DNA from: Squalus acanthias | Lineage: Eukaryota | Reading direction: 5' to 3' | Assembly (NCBI GenBank): GCA_030390025.1 | Contig: CM059432.1 | Coordinates: forward strand, 139,874,001 to 139,938,000 | DNA length: 64,000 nucleotides | Part shown: positions 13,455 through 25,958 of the stretch, piece by piece | Layout of the letters: each line of letters opens with the position of its first letter | Numbering within the stretch: position 1 is the first letter of the stretch | Program-made: the position numbers and the translations under genes | Notes under the pieces: model-generated | The model's input: the letters and a program-made list of their open reading frames with translations, nothing else | Told to the model about the DNA's origin: nothing | Databases searched by the model: none

Positions 13455-14195
13455 GGTGATAAATGGTACAATTTTAAAGGGAGTGCAGGAACAAAGAGAC
13501 CTGGGGTTTGACAGACACAAATCTTTGAAGGTGGCAGGACAAGTTGATAAAGTTGTTCAAAAAGCACATGGGATCCTTGACTTTATTAATAGAGGAATGG
13601 AGTACAAAAGCAAGGAAGTGATGGTAAACCTTTATAAAGCACTGGTTAGTCCTCAGCTGGAGTATTGTGTCCAATTCTGGGCACCACACTTCAGGAAAGA
13701 TGTTGAGGCCTTGGAGAGGGTGCAGAGGAGGTTTACTAGAATGATACCAGGGATGTGGGCTTCAGTTATGTGGAGTGACTGGAGAAGCTGGGATTGTTCT
13801 CCTCAGAACAGAGAAGGTTAAGACGAGATTTAATAGAAGTGTTCAAAATTATGAAGGGTTTTGATAGGAGAATAAGGAGAAACTGTTTCCACTGGCCAGA
13901 GGGTCAGTAACCAGAGGACACAGATTTATGGTAATTGGCAAAAGAGGGGAGATGAGGAGAATTGTTTTTATGCAGCGAGTTGTTGTGGTCTGGAATGCTC
14001 TGCCTGAAAGGGCGGTGGAAGCAGATTCAATAATAATTTTCAAAAGGGAATTGGATATATACTTGGAAAGGAAAAAATTTGCAGGTCTATGGGGAAAGAG
14101 CCGGGAGAGTGGGACTAATTGGACAGCTCTTTCAAAGAGCCGGCACAGACACGATGGGCTGAATGGCCTCCATCTGTGCTATTTGATTCTATGAT
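13455..14195 (+). mobile_element. CR1 LINE 3' fragment
   Basis: LYKALVSPQLEYCVQFWAPHFRKDVEALERVQRRFTRMIPG; WNALP; ATTCTATG tail. Confidence 0.92.
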
Positions 14196-14635
14196 AACAG
14201 GAGAAAAAACTCGATTCACACAAAGGAAAAGATTTTAAACATCTAAAGGGACGGGCATCTCTCTTTCTTACTGTCACATATATAACCTTATCCATGGTCG
14301 TACAGAGTACAAAACTGATGATTAACTGGAGAGGCAAAAGTGCTTTAAATTTACAAGTTGACCTAAAAGCCCCATATCTTTAATAGCTTTTAATCCCTCC
14401 TTGTGCTCACTTTTCTCAGTAAATTGGGTTACTTCTAATCTGTATTAGGAGATGGTGACTAACTGGAGCCTTTAAAGTTAGTCCAGGATGGTGACTAGGA
14501 ACGTACAATATTGACTACTGTACCAACAGGATAATTACTCAAATGTAGTGTCAGGCACTCAAAGTCACAGTGCCAGATCTGGTGGGGCTACCATTTGTCT
14601 TTACTGCATTCTCATAGGTGAACACTTCTAGTTTA

Positions 14636-14665
14636 CTAGTAGACATAGTTAATATACAAAGGATT
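14636..14665 (-). CDS. candidate terminal exon (NPLYINYVY*) of an unrecognised spliced gene
   Basis: Acceptor ctctatttttctctttag; phase 0, compatible with the upstream candidate exon. Confidence 0.3.
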   Translation of the reverse strand, partial: NPLYINYVY

Positions 14666-14773
14666 CTAAAGAGAAAAATAGAGCTCACTTTTTAGCTTGT
14701 TATTTTCCTTATATCAATTTTGATTTTAAAGCATTTATCCAATTCCCAAGTGCAGATGTGGAGAAAGCATTAC

Positions 14774-14836
14774 CCTCTCTGGCTCTGCCTGTCCATGAGG
14801 TTGAGGGAAGATAGCAGAGGAAGTAGATGTTTTGTC
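14774..14836 (-). CDS. candidate internal exon (DKTSTSSAIFPQPHGQAEPER)
   Basis: Acceptor ctttccttgctacag, donor AGG|gtaatg, 63 nt, open in phase 0-0. Confidence 0.35.
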
Positions 14837-15127
14837 CTGTAGCAAGGAAAGCATTCAGCACTCCTAGGTTAGGTAAGCAGAGGTCAGTTAGAATACATTG
14901 CCCCGACTATATGCAAAGATTGGAAGAATACTTCCTACTACACAGCTATGACTTTTTATTCCATCATACTCCCTATACATATCCCTTCAGTTATAATGCC
15001 AAACTAGTGTCCATGTACCAAGGTTGAGGATAGTTTCAGCTGTCGTCTTATGTCCACCACAAACTGAATTAAGATTGCCTGAACTCAGAGCGGAAGACCT
15101 TAATCCCAACAGTTTCTTCTGAATTGA

Positions 15128-15530
15128 AACACGGTGGCATAGTGGTTAGCACTGGTGCCTCACAGCGCCAGGGACCCGGGTTCGAATCTGGCCTCGGGTG
15201 ACTGTCTGTGTGGAGTTTGCACATTCTCCCCGTGTCTGCGTGGGTTTCCTCCGGGTGCTCCGGTTTCCTCCCACAGTCCAAAAATGTGCGGGTTAGGTTG
15301 ATTTGGCTATGATAAATTGACCCTTAGTGTTAGGGGGGGATTAAATATGTTGGGTTACGGGGATAGGATGGGATATGTTAGGGGGAATTAAATACGTGGG
15401 GTTACGGGGATAGGATGGGATATGTTAGGGGGAATTAAATACGTGGGGTTACGGGGATAGGATGGGATATGTGTCGGTGCAGGCTCGATGGGCCGAGATG
15501 GCCTCTATCTGTACTGTGGGGATTCTGTGT
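15128..15530 (+). mobile_element. V-SINE (HE1-like) with about 3 internal tandem units
   Basis: Near-identical head and V-domain to the 3193 copy; repeated GGGTTACGGGGATAGGATGGGATATG. Confidence 0.9.
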
Positions 15531-16038
15531 GTGAGAAACAAGATTCAACAGTCCAAGTCAATGCAACACTCAGTCCTCTGCTGTTTATGTTTTATAATTG
15601 GTGTAAACATTTTAATTAACTGGTTGGAAGGGTGGAACATTTGAACACACGGGCCATATTCTAAAGCTTTTAAAGTAGTACTTATATAGAACAAAAGTAA
15701 CGATTATCTTTTAAATACTATTCTGCAACAAATACTTGCAGCATTTGAGACCGTGAAACCTCAGAAGCTTCCAGAAACAATGATCTAGTTTGGAATATTA
15801 GTAAAACAATCTTTGACATTTAAAGAATGCACACTATTGGCTGGGAGCCTCACCTACCACACCTGCATTTTGGGAATTCACGGGCTTGCTGGCCATGTTT
15901 TCAAAATCCATGAAAACTGACTACTGGTTACAATTTCCCAATATGGGCATTTGCCGAGTGAGGCTTACTGCCAATGGTACTGTTTGTTGGCCCTACATAT
16001 ATACATATATATTTAAAATGGAAATTAGGAACACTTAC

Positions 16039-16093
16039 CAGTACATGGAGAACTAATTGGACTTGACCTTGGCTCCAGCCTGCAGCTGATCCA
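16039..16093 (-). CDS. candidate internal exon (GSAAGWSQGQVQLVLHVL)
   Basis: Acceptor gctaattttcag, donor CTG|gtaagt, 55 nt, in frame with the 16239-16425 exon. Confidence 0.5.
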
Positions 16094-16238
16094 CTGAAAA
16101 TTAGCAAGTAAAAGTATCAGAGAAATTGATTTGGATACATGAAAAAAAAAGATTGCAACTATCTGAGAGACTTTGTTTACTGAGGTGTAAGTGTTCCCAG
16201 ATCACGTTTTGATCCTGCCGCATTAGTATCTATCTTAC

Positions 16239-16425
16239 TTTCTCATCGGGAAAATAATTTCTTCACTTGAGACTTCTGTGCTGGACCTTCGGACGACATT
16301 GAAGAAGTTTTTGTTCCCTAAGGTTCTCGCATGCACTGTAGCCTGAACACTCCCACAGGTTTGTGATTGTAAATGTTGTTCTCTGAAACTTCGCGAGGGC
16401 CTTGACCGAACTAGTGCTGGAATCA
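16239..16425 (-). CDS. candidate internal exon (IPALVRSRPSRSF...IIFPMR)
   Basis: Acceptor tcttttgtttccttatttacag, donor AAA|gtaaga, 187 nt, one open frame. Confidence 0.5.
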
Positions 16426-17087
16426 CTGTAAATAAGGAAACAAAAGACAAAAGTAGGAAAGAATCTGCTTCTATAGATCACCTCACCATGTCCTCGGAAT
16501 TTCCCCAAGTGCCTCACAACCAATGGATTACTTTTATTTTGAAGTGCTCTCGTTGTTATGTACGCGTATACAACACTAATGCCAGAAGAACTTTAATAAT
16601 TTAGTAAAGAATGAATAGATGATGAAGAATCAGTTATAATGAATTGCCTATTATTTTTAGAGCTGCAGTATCCCTCTGTGTAAAACTTATGAAGTGTAAA
16701 AACACAACCAACCATTTCTAATGGATCTGATAAAATGTCAGTGAGCTCCGCCCTAAGTACAGGGCTCATTTCTGGATGGGTGATTTTGAATTTCTAATAT
16801 TGTACTAAACAAGCATTGTTCTCTGAAATTTCTGGCTTATAAACCATAAAGTTCTGCAAGTAAATAGCAGCCAGGTTAGAGTATCAACAATGCTGAGAGA
16901 AAACAGGGCCATTGCAAAGATCACAGATAGTTTCAAAAAGGTACTATTTTACCACCATTGAAACGTTCAAAAGCAGTTTAAGCATAAAAACTACACCAGA
17001 TATTCCTATGTTTCAGCTATTATATTGGATTTTCTCAACTGGCTTTAAAGAGAATTTCAGCGTACAATGGAGAAACTAGCAACTTAC

Positions 17088-17206
17088 AACACACTCCCAT
17101 GTGTGAAACATATGAGGTATTTTCATCAGTTTTTCTTTGAGTTAAACTGTACGCCAGAGACTTTTATATGCTATATTGGTCTTATAGCCTTCTTTTCAAG
17201 CATTGG
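17088..17206 (-). promoter_or_regulatory. candidate promoter and first exon (two CCAAT, TATAAAA, in-frame ATG, GTAAGT donor)
   Basis: Minus strand CCAAT at 17206 and 17179, TATAAAA 17168-17162, ATG 17100-17098, donor after 17088 in phase 1. Confidence 0.3.
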
Positions 17207-17273
17207 TAATGCAGCTGTCGGGTATTTTTTGAAATTATAGCGTTGGAACTTTAAAACCAAAACCTTGTTACTA

Positions 17274-17304
17274 TTTCCATCTAGTGGCAGGCAATGGTGC
17301 TGCA
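17274..17304 (-). promoter_or_regulatory. putative CTCF site (core plus upstream motif)
   Basis: TGCAGCACC-N5-CTGCCACTAGATGG on the minus strand. Confidence 0.4.
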
Positions 17305-17679
17305 CTTTAGCAAGAAGCCAGACTTTGGAGCAGATTTGGGCAAACTGAGCCCACTAGGCTGCTGGAGATTCCACTGTTTAGCATTGAAAATATGTTTAAT
17401 AGTCTGCAGGTGAATTCCAAAGGTGTGCTATTGTTGCGAGATTGCTTTCCGATTTCAGAGTTCCCCATCATCTGCCGGCTCAATTTATTCAGGTTACAGC
17501 CACAAAATCAACCCGATTAAATCAAATTAAATGCATCTGCTAAACAACTTGACCAGTCCCACCCAGAACACAAAACCATTTCTTTTTCTATTTAATTCAG
17601 TTTCCCTTCTCTGTTGAGTTCATGCTGGCACACCACTAAAACAGCTCCAACAGTTCTTAAACCAAAGTCCAACAATGAA

Positions 17680-18030
17680 GAAAGACATGCATTTTTGTAA
17701 CACCGTATCACACCCCTCAAAAATATTTCTAAGTGCCTAACATGCAATGAATTTTGGAGTGTAGTTTGGTTTGTAGGCAAACATGGTAGCCATTTTGCCC
17801 GTAGCAAGATCCCACAATCAGCACTGAGATGAATGACCAGTTAATTTGTTTTTAGTAGTATTAGTTGAAGGAGGAATGTTGGCCTGGACAAATAGTGCCA
17901 TGGGATCTTATAAAAAAAAAACAACCTGAACCACTGTAACAGGCAGACAGGGCTTCGGTTTAAAATCTCATCTCAAGGATAACACCTCTGACAATACAGC
18001 ACTCCCTCAGTACTGTGCGAGTCTCAACCT
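17680..18030 (-). mobile_element. DeuSINE (diverged)
   Basis: Matches the 35922-36358 copy (ATAGTGCCATGGGATCTT, GGCAGACAGGGCTTCGGTTT). Confidence 0.7.
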
Positions 18031-18711
18031 GGCCTGGATTATGGCCTTGGGTTTTCCTTTGAACTACCATCCATTTTGGGACAGATCTGCGATGATAAAA
18101 AAAAAGAGGAAATTGCAATCTGAAAGGCTACTGCGTCAAATCGGGCACAAAAAAAACTGCACCCAAATTCCCTTCCCAAAAACTGCCAATTCCATTGCAG
18201 GCCCGCCACAAGCCCGTTGCGCCACATTTAAATGGGGTAAGAGGATGTGGCTAAACACTCCGCCCCAAATAATTACTGATACTGTATTAGTGGTGCGAAG
18301 AGCTGCTGCAAAAGATCCCTGAAGCAGCTACCATATTGAGGAGGCCATTTTGAGTGCTTTAAGACGCTGCTTAAAACCTACCTCTTTGATCAAGCTTTTG
18401 GGCCACCTGTCCTAATAGCTCCTTACGTGTCACATTTTGCCTGATTACGCGCCTGTGAAGCGCCTTGGGACGTTTTACTACTTTATATAAATGCAAGTTG
18501 TTGTTGTTGTTGCTGTTACTGAAAGCTGTTGTTTCTGTGCCTGCTTTTTTTGTACTTTTGGGCTCGAGTCAGTTTCCTTTATTCAGCTCTGCTCAAAGTA
18601 CTGCTTTGCACTTTAAACACAGATTTCTCAACGGGGGATACATTTATTTTTGATGTTACGAAGAACAGCAGGACAATGAAGACACGGAAGAGGCCGGGTT
18701 GGATGCTCTTA

Positions 18712-19042
18712 AGTCTGGATTTTAACTCCCGGCCGGAGTCATGCGTGTTAAAATCTCCAGGGCCTTATCTCCATGGGCTCCAGCAGTGTTTTCTGGCGCC
18801 ACTTGCTGCCAGGTAGGCCTGGTGGTGAAGCCATGCAGGCCTTGGGTTAAAATTGAAATCAGGCCCCAATGAAGTAAGCGGAGCCTGATCTTCGTAATTA
18901 AAGAAGGACCCTGCTGCCTTCCAGTGATGTCCTGCTCAAAACATTGCAACCCAAGGGAAGGCAGTAAGATAAGAGGGGGGTAAGTCGCACTGGCCATTTT
19001 AACTGCCAGGTTAAACCGGGCGGGCAGGGTTAAAATCGGCCC
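18712..19042. mobile_element. PIF/Harbinger-like MITE
   Basis: TIR-like ends GTCTGGATTTTAACTC / GGGTTAAAATCGGCCC. Confidence 0.65.
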
Positions 19043-19224
19043 TTTAGAGTCAGCTTTACCGAAGGTACCTTTTCCTTACACGTACAAACTCACTCACCAG
19101 GCTCCACAGACTAAGAAGGTCAGACTTTGGCATCCCTGCAGCACAAGAAGGACTGGAAGTGAAACAGGAGAGACAGCAGACAGCTGCCAGAGCAGAGAGC
19201 ACAACTCCACGCTCACTCAGACCT

Positions 19225-20020
19225 CACCTTCCCGTGCAAGCGCAGGAGATGCAACACCTGCCCTTATACATCCCCCCTTCCCACTCTCCAGGGCCCCAAA
19301 CACCCCTTCCAGGTGAAACAGCGATTTACTTGTACTTCTTGCAATCTAGTATACTGTATTCGCTGCTCACGATGTGGTCTCCTCTACATTGGGGAGACCA
19401 AACGCAGATTGGGTGACCGCTTTGCGGAACACCTCCGTTCAGTCCGGAAGGGTGACCCCGAGCTTCCGGTCGCTTGTCATTTTAATTCACCCCTCCACGC
19501 TCACTCAGACCTCACCGTCCTCGGCCTCTTGCATTGTTCCACGGAAGCGCAGCGTAAGCTCCAGGAACAGCACCTCATCTTCCGTTTAGGCACTTTACAG
19601 CCCTCTGGACTCAATATCGAGTTCAACAATTTCAGATCATAACCCCGACCCCTACCACATATGTATACATTTTATCCACTCTTTTGGTCCGTGCCTTTTC
19701 CCTTTTTTTCTCTCTCTCCCCCCACGGCAGCTGTCTCTGATTCTGCCAGCATTTCACACCTTACCTTTTGTTTCTCAACCTGTCCCATTACCATCTCGTC
19801 TTGCCTTGAGCATCTCTCAATGTCTCTACTCACTAAAGACCATCCCTTTTGTTCTTTTATTCCTCCCCCCAGCCTCCCCCTTGCATTTTTATCTGTTTAT
19901 TTCTTGCTCTCTCAGTTCCGACGAAGGGTTTCGACCTGAAACGTTAACTCTCTTTCTCTCTCCACGGATGTTGCCTGGCCTGCTGAGTTTTTCCAGCGTT
20001 TTCTGTTGTTATTTCAATAA
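19225..20020 (+). mobile_element. Penelope-like element 3' fragment: Cys-rich linker, GIY-YIG endonuclease and terminal repeat
   Basis: FPCKRRRCNTC; NLVYCIRCSRCGLLYIGETKRRLGDRFAEH...GLNIEF; hammerhead at 19914-19949 with a mutated core (CCGACGA). Confidence 0.92.
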
Positions 20021-21614
20021 ATAAAGGGTGACTCACCAAATAAGGTCACTTCACACCTAACTGTTCTCCCCCCCACACAAAGTCCGGGGGTCAATTTTGA
20101 GTCCCTTCACCTGGCGTTAACGGGGCGGTAACGGCCTCAAAATGGGGTCGGTAGCCTCACCGCCCTGTTAACACCAGCAAATGAGGCTGGCTCCATTTTG
20201 AAAAGAGCCTACCACCAGGTGTCCAAAGTGATCGCCTGATTCAGACGATAGGCCCCTTTTAATATGGATATCGGGATCCTGTGATGTAAATATGCGCAGT
20301 GCAAGCTCCGATCAGTTCCATGGGCGATGGAAGGGAAGAGGTCCTCTAAAGGTAAGTGTACAGTTATTTTTGTTCGCTCTTGCTCCTCCGGAGCCCACAA
20401 AAATAATCCGGGCCGCTGCCGCCAGGACCCCCACCCTCCACACCCCCCTCCTCAACTTACAGCTAGTGACAGCTCTGGCTTGATTTCCAGTCTTCAGTCT
20501 GGCGAGCTGTGTCGGGACACCCTGTTTGTGAAAGGATTTTTACTTGTCCTAGCCCCTTTGGGGCTATCCCGGATCAGGCGTATTTCTCAGATTCGGAAGA
20601 TTGAGGTAGCCGAATCCTAAAGACGCTTAACTGGGTCTAAAGGTTCGGGCTATCTCTCCCTAAAGGAAAGGAACAACCCGAGAATGTTACCGTCCTCCAG
20701 ATAGCACTTTTAATAAGTTTAGCCAGACAGTAAAGTCCCGGATATTATGAGGGTCCGGAGATTTCCTTCAGAAATTGTAACTCTTCACCAAAGAGTGTAC
20801 AAAGATTGGGTTCATGAGTTATTGATACAGAAGACTTATATGAGACAATTCTAAAAATATAGAGATATTTATTAAAAAAACCGACATGCAATTTACAGTT
20901 GGTGAATCAGTCAATCGCAACGTTAACAGTTTTAAAAAGAGAAAAAATACAATCTTATTCTTAACAGAGAATCCTACTTATAAATCTTAACTTCGCTACA
21001 GTATTACCGTTCTTAAACTTGTCTATTACAGGATATCCATCAATTATCAAGGTAGCAGTTACCTTCAATCCCCGAGGTACAAAAGAGTGAAGAACTACAG
21101 AGCCGCCCCATTAGTCGAGAATCGCTTTGCCCGATTAAAGCGAGTCTGATTATCTCATTCGAGACTCCAATATTTATACCCCTTTTTCAGTTGTTTTTCA
21201 TAAGGTTTCTGTTAATCCAAGTTAATTTTCACTAATCATCTTTTACCTGACCTACTGAAATTCTTACTGCCACATCATCAATAGCTATTGGGAGTTTACC
21301 ATATGTGGGCAAAGGGCAGATGTACCTTACATCATGTCATTCTCAAGAGGTTTTAATCAAGATCATTCATCCAGGGCTGACCATTGTCTTATTTTAATAA
21401 GGTTACCCATTCGGGGCCACCCATTCTTCTGTTTCAATAAGGTTACTTATTCAGGGTCAACAACTTGTCTTATTTCAATAGCCAGAATTCTTTCATAGCT
21501 ATTTCATAGTTAGGTTTCTAAATTTCCAAACCCAGTTTGTCATGTTCCAAAGAATTTATAAGGTAGAGTTCCTTATAAGGTACTCTTCAGGGTTAACCAC
21601 TGTCTTATCTCAAC

Positions 21615-21830
21615 GATGCGGAGATGCCGGTGTTGGACTGGGGTGGACAAAAGTGAGAAGTCGCACAACACCAGGTTATAGTCCAACAGCTTTATTTGAA
21701 ATCACAAGCTTTCGGAGCGGCTGCTCCTTCACTTGACTTACCTGACGAAGGAGCAGCCGCTCCGAAAGCTTGTGATTTCAAATAAAACTGTTGGACTATA
21801 TAACCTGGTGTTGTGCGACTTCTCACTTTT
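21615..21830. mobile_element. fold-back hammerhead-bearing element (family B, inverted Penelope pLTR-like)
   Basis: Inverted arms of about 80 bp; TSD TTATCTCAACGA at 21605-21616 and 21829-21840. Confidence 0.85.
21738..21775 (+). ncRNA. minimal hammerhead ribozyme (family B)
   Basis: TTAC-CTGACGA-A-GGAGC-AGCC-GCTCC-GAA-AGCT-T-GTGA. Confidence 0.8.
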
Positions 21831-22229
21831 ATCTCAACGAGGCCAGAATTCTTTCAGAAGATAGGATTTCCAAATCCAGCTTGCCATGCCTTCCTTTAAA
21901 AAAGTTATATAGTGTATTTTTCTAAAAAGGCTATAGTGTATTTATCTTATATAGTATATTTTTCTATAAAGGTTATATAGTAGAATTCCTTCACATTTGA
22001 AGCCCTGCTGCTCACTTTATGAATTTAAATGGAGCCGCAGCCTCAAAATAACGGGTGGCCTCTTCGCTGTCGGAATGAGTGGCCGGTTGGCTGCCCAAAG
22101 GTCAAAATCAACCCCACACACTCTCCAAGACTTCTATCAAGCTTCTTCACAAGGCAGAAGTCTACATTTTTCTGCCATCATCCAACTCCCAAAAATTGAA
22201 AGCTGAAACAAATCTATGTGATCAAGCTA

Positions 22230-23190
22230 TCTTTATTTGAAACAACAATATTCACCAGGAAGTGCTAAGAAAATATATTCTCCCTTTTCTATAACCACTT
22301 CTTAACACAGTAACTACCCTTTGTGCCTGATAATTTACTTACTCTAGTTCTTAATTTGCTACTACAGAATGCTCCCTGAGTGGCATGAGGTTGAGCAGTG
22401 GGTGGTTTCCCTGAAGTGACTCTTGTCTTAGGGTAGCTGTTGTCACTGGGGAATCTACTTTTGTGACATCTGTGCCCATTGCTTGCAGCCCCCTGGTGCT
22501 GGGCACAGGCTCAGAGCTGCCATTACAGATCTAATAGCCCCAGTGAGGTCTTGGAAGCTATGTGTAAGTGTTGTGTTGAAAGCATTTATTGAAACATTGG
22601 CAGCTGCCACTCCGCAAGCCGCCAATGTCCTTAGAAGCTCTTTCAGGCGTATTGATGCTGCAGCAATTTCCTGAGCTGTCACATTCCTGGTGATGTTCCT
22701 GCAAGTTGTCAGGAACTTCCTGCAATATATTGCCAATGTGGCTATTGGACTGCTGCCACTTATGCATTATCTCAACCATATGTGTTGTAAAGGTCATCAC
22801 TGCCTGCACATGAGATCAAGATTTCCGAATCATTGCTTTTTTGAAGACTGGGCTCTTGAGATTTAGGTCCCTCGGTTCCTCAGCCAAGGGCGGTTGTTTC
22901 TCCCTCTTTCATGGAGAAATGGCACTCGCGATCTTTCTACTCCCAGGTCCCCATTCTCACTAGTGCTCAGTGACTCACCAATTGACAACCCTTCTGACTG
23001 TCTAACGAATTCCCCGCGAGTGAGCGTCTCCGTGGTACTTGCACAGGTAAGATGCCAGGACAGAATTGGTGAGGTCTGGAAGTGCCTGGATGGTGATTGG
23101 ATTGGCTGGCCTCTTCCTCCAGGATATGAAAGACAGAAGAGCTTGTTTAGCCATTTCCTTTGAAGTTCTGCCAGTCTCCTGCTGAAGTTA
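22230..23190 (-). pseudogene. decayed Harbinger Myb-gene C-terminal region
   Basis: AAANVSINAFNTTLTHSFQDLTGAIRSV resembles AIIALNTSVQRGFQHITALLQSV at 41055. Confidence 0.45.
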
Positions 23191-23230
23191 CAGCAATAGA
23201 AAGAAGGACTTGCATTTATATAGCGCTTTT

Positions 23231-24770
23231 CATAAGAACATAAGAAATAGGAGCAGGAGTCGGCCATTTGGCCCCTCGAGCCTGCTCCGCCATTCAATAA
23301 GATCATGGCTGATCTTCTACCTCATCTCCACTTTCCTGCACTATCCCCATATCCCTTGATTCCCTTAATATTCAAAAATCTATCGCTCTCAGTCTTGAAT
23401 ATACTCAATGACTGAGCCTCCACAGCCCTCTGGGGTAGAGAATTCCAAAGATTCACCACCCTCTGAGTGAAGAAATTTCTCCGCATCTCAGTCCTAAATG
23501 GCCGTCCCCTTATTCTGAGACTGTGACCCCTGGTTCTACACTCCCCAGCCAGGGGAAACATCCTCCCTGCATCTACCCAGGCAAGCCCTGTCAGAATTTT
23601 GTATGTTTCAATGAGATCACCTCTCATTCTTCTAAACTCTAGAGAATATAGGCCTAGTCTACTCAATCTGTTCTCATAGGTCAATCCCACCATCCCAGGA
23701 CCCAGTCTGGTGAACTTTCGTTGCACTCCCTCTATGGCAAGTATATCCTTCCTTAGGTAAGGAGACCAAAACTGTACACAATACTCCAGGTGTGGTCTCA
23801 CCAGGGCCCTATATAATTGCAGTAAGATGTCTTTACTCTTATACTCAAATCCTCTTGTAATAAAGGCCAACATACCATTTGCTTTCCTAATTGCTTGTAG
23901 TACCTGCATGTTAACTTTAAGTGATTCGTGTACAAGAACACCCAGGTCCCTCTGAACACCAACATTTCTCAGTCTTTCACCATTTAAAAAATACTCTGCT
24001 TTTATATTTTTCCTACCAAAGTGGATAACTTCACATTTCTCCACATTATATTCCATTTGCCATGTTCTTGCCCATTCACTTAGCCTGTCTATATCCCCTT
24101 GAAGCCTCTTGCATCCTTCTCACAACTTACATTCCCACCCAACTTTGTATCATCAGCAAACATGGATATATTACATTTGGTCCCCTCATCCAGATCATTG
24201 ATATAGATTGTGAATAGCTGAGGCCCAAGCACTGATGCTTGCGGTACCCCACTAGTTACAGCCTGCCAACCTGAAAATGACCCGTTTATTCCTACTCTCT
24301 TTTTTCTGTCCGTTAACCAATCCTCAATCCATGCTAGTATATTACCCCCAATCCCATGAGCCCTAATTTTGTTTAATAACCTCTTGTGTGGCACCTTATC
24401 GAATGCCTTCTGAAAATCCAAATACACCACATCCACTGATTCCCCCTTATCTATTCTGCTAGTTACAACCTCAAAAAACTCTAACAGATTCGTCAAACAC
24501 GATTTCCCTTTCATAAATCCGTGTTGACTCTGCCCAATCCTATTATTATTTTCTACGTGCCCTGTTACCACGTCCTTAATAATAGATTCTAGCATTTTCC
24601 CTACTGCTGATGTTAGGCTAACTGGTCTGTAGTTCCCCATTTTCTCTCTCCCTCCTTTCTTAAATAGTGGGGTTACATTTGCTACCTTCCAATCCGCGGG
24701 AGCCGTTCCAGAATCTATGGAATTTTGGAAAATGACAACCAATGCATCCACTATCTCTATAGTTACAACC
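23231..24770 (-). mobile_element. CR1 LINE (RT plus 3' end) inserted in a DeuSINE (23197-23230 and 24770-24970)
   Basis: NYRPVSLTS, YLDFQKAFDKVPH, GVPQASVLGP, MFADD; (TTCTTATG)n tail. Confidence 0.95.
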
Positions 24771-25958
24771 TTAGGACGTCCCAAAGCGCTTTACAGTCAA
24801 TTAAGTACTTTTGAAGTGTAGTCACTGTTGCAATGTAGGAAACGTGGCAGCCAATTTGCACACAGCAAGCTCCCACAAACAGCAATGTGATAATGACCAG
24901 ATAATCTGTTTTAGTGATGTTGGTTGAGGGATAAATATTGGCCCCAGGACACCGGGGAAAACTCCCCTGTTACACCAGTAAAACCCCCATGGAATTTCAG
25001 GGCCTATATAATTTTATCACACAGCTAAATCATTTTTAACTTTGTTTTCCCCCAAGCTGCTCTCTGTCCTTTTAAAATAATGTACATCACAGTTATGCTA
25101 CCAACCAGCTTGCAGGTACTTAGCGAGGGCAAGGTTAAAAAAGCATTAACTGTTAATGTAATAGTTGAAATAGTTCCAAATGGGTCCAGTTTATAAACAT
25201 AAATTTCCTCCGAATACTTAGTTTGTAACAAGGATATTAAAATATAAAAAGAAATTGCTCTTTTAGAATTGTTTTTTAAATTGGCATTTCATCAGGTAGC
25301 CAGTAATGGTAATAGGTTCCATTTAATTTATGAGTTCTTAAACAAACATTACAAGCAAAGAAAAACACACAAAAATGTTTGGTGCCATACCCCAAGAATG
25401 ACATTTGTTATTATTGAAAAAGAAATGCAGTGACAAGTAGATAAGATCGCAGATTTTATGTAATATATATTAAAATCCAACCCATGTAGGGTTGCCAATA
25501 GTCTGCTGGAAACCCGACACGCCAGGTCCCTCAGCCGGAAGAAAGGTGCTCTGTTGGTATATGCAATGGGACTATTGGTGTGGAGCTCTCATTGTGGGAC
25601 TGGCGCTCTTCCCAGTTCTTGACGCCAATCCCAGAGGAATTACACAATTCAGTATTAACTGGAGCTCGGCAGTACCAAGTTTCTTTATATTTTCTAAAGG
25701 AGCTGAATATACTAAGTATTTAACTTTCAAAAGATCTTTAAGCTGCCAAAGACTGTTAACCAGCTCCTTGTGGTCCATTAGGTAGCATAACAGCATACAG
25801 CTGGATGCATCTATTAACAAGGGCAGATGTCCATCTAATTGACCCTACTGGTTGCTGAGAGCATAAAAGGCCGACAGAATGTGTGCTGCGGTGCCAAGCC
25901 GGAACTTTCCACTGACCTAAAGCAAGTCCCAACAACCCTGGCTCAGCAGTTGAACATT

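Larger units (their letters stand above)
20529..21995 (-). mobile_element. solo LTR (ERV or Gypsy-like)
   Basis: TGAAAGG...TTCACA termini, 4-bp TSD TTTG, minus-strand TATAAA at about 21175 and AATAAA at about 20870, short tandem motifs in the U3-like part. Confidence 0.7.
20087..22115. mobile_element. PIF/Harbinger-like MITE interrupted by a solo LTR
   Basis: TIRs GGGGTCAATTTTGA / TCAAAATCAACCCC. Confidence 0.7.

Noticed and set aside
15320..15470. CRISPR-like repeats
   Set aside because: Head-to-tail tandem units without unique spacers, inside a vertebrate SINE; no cas genes
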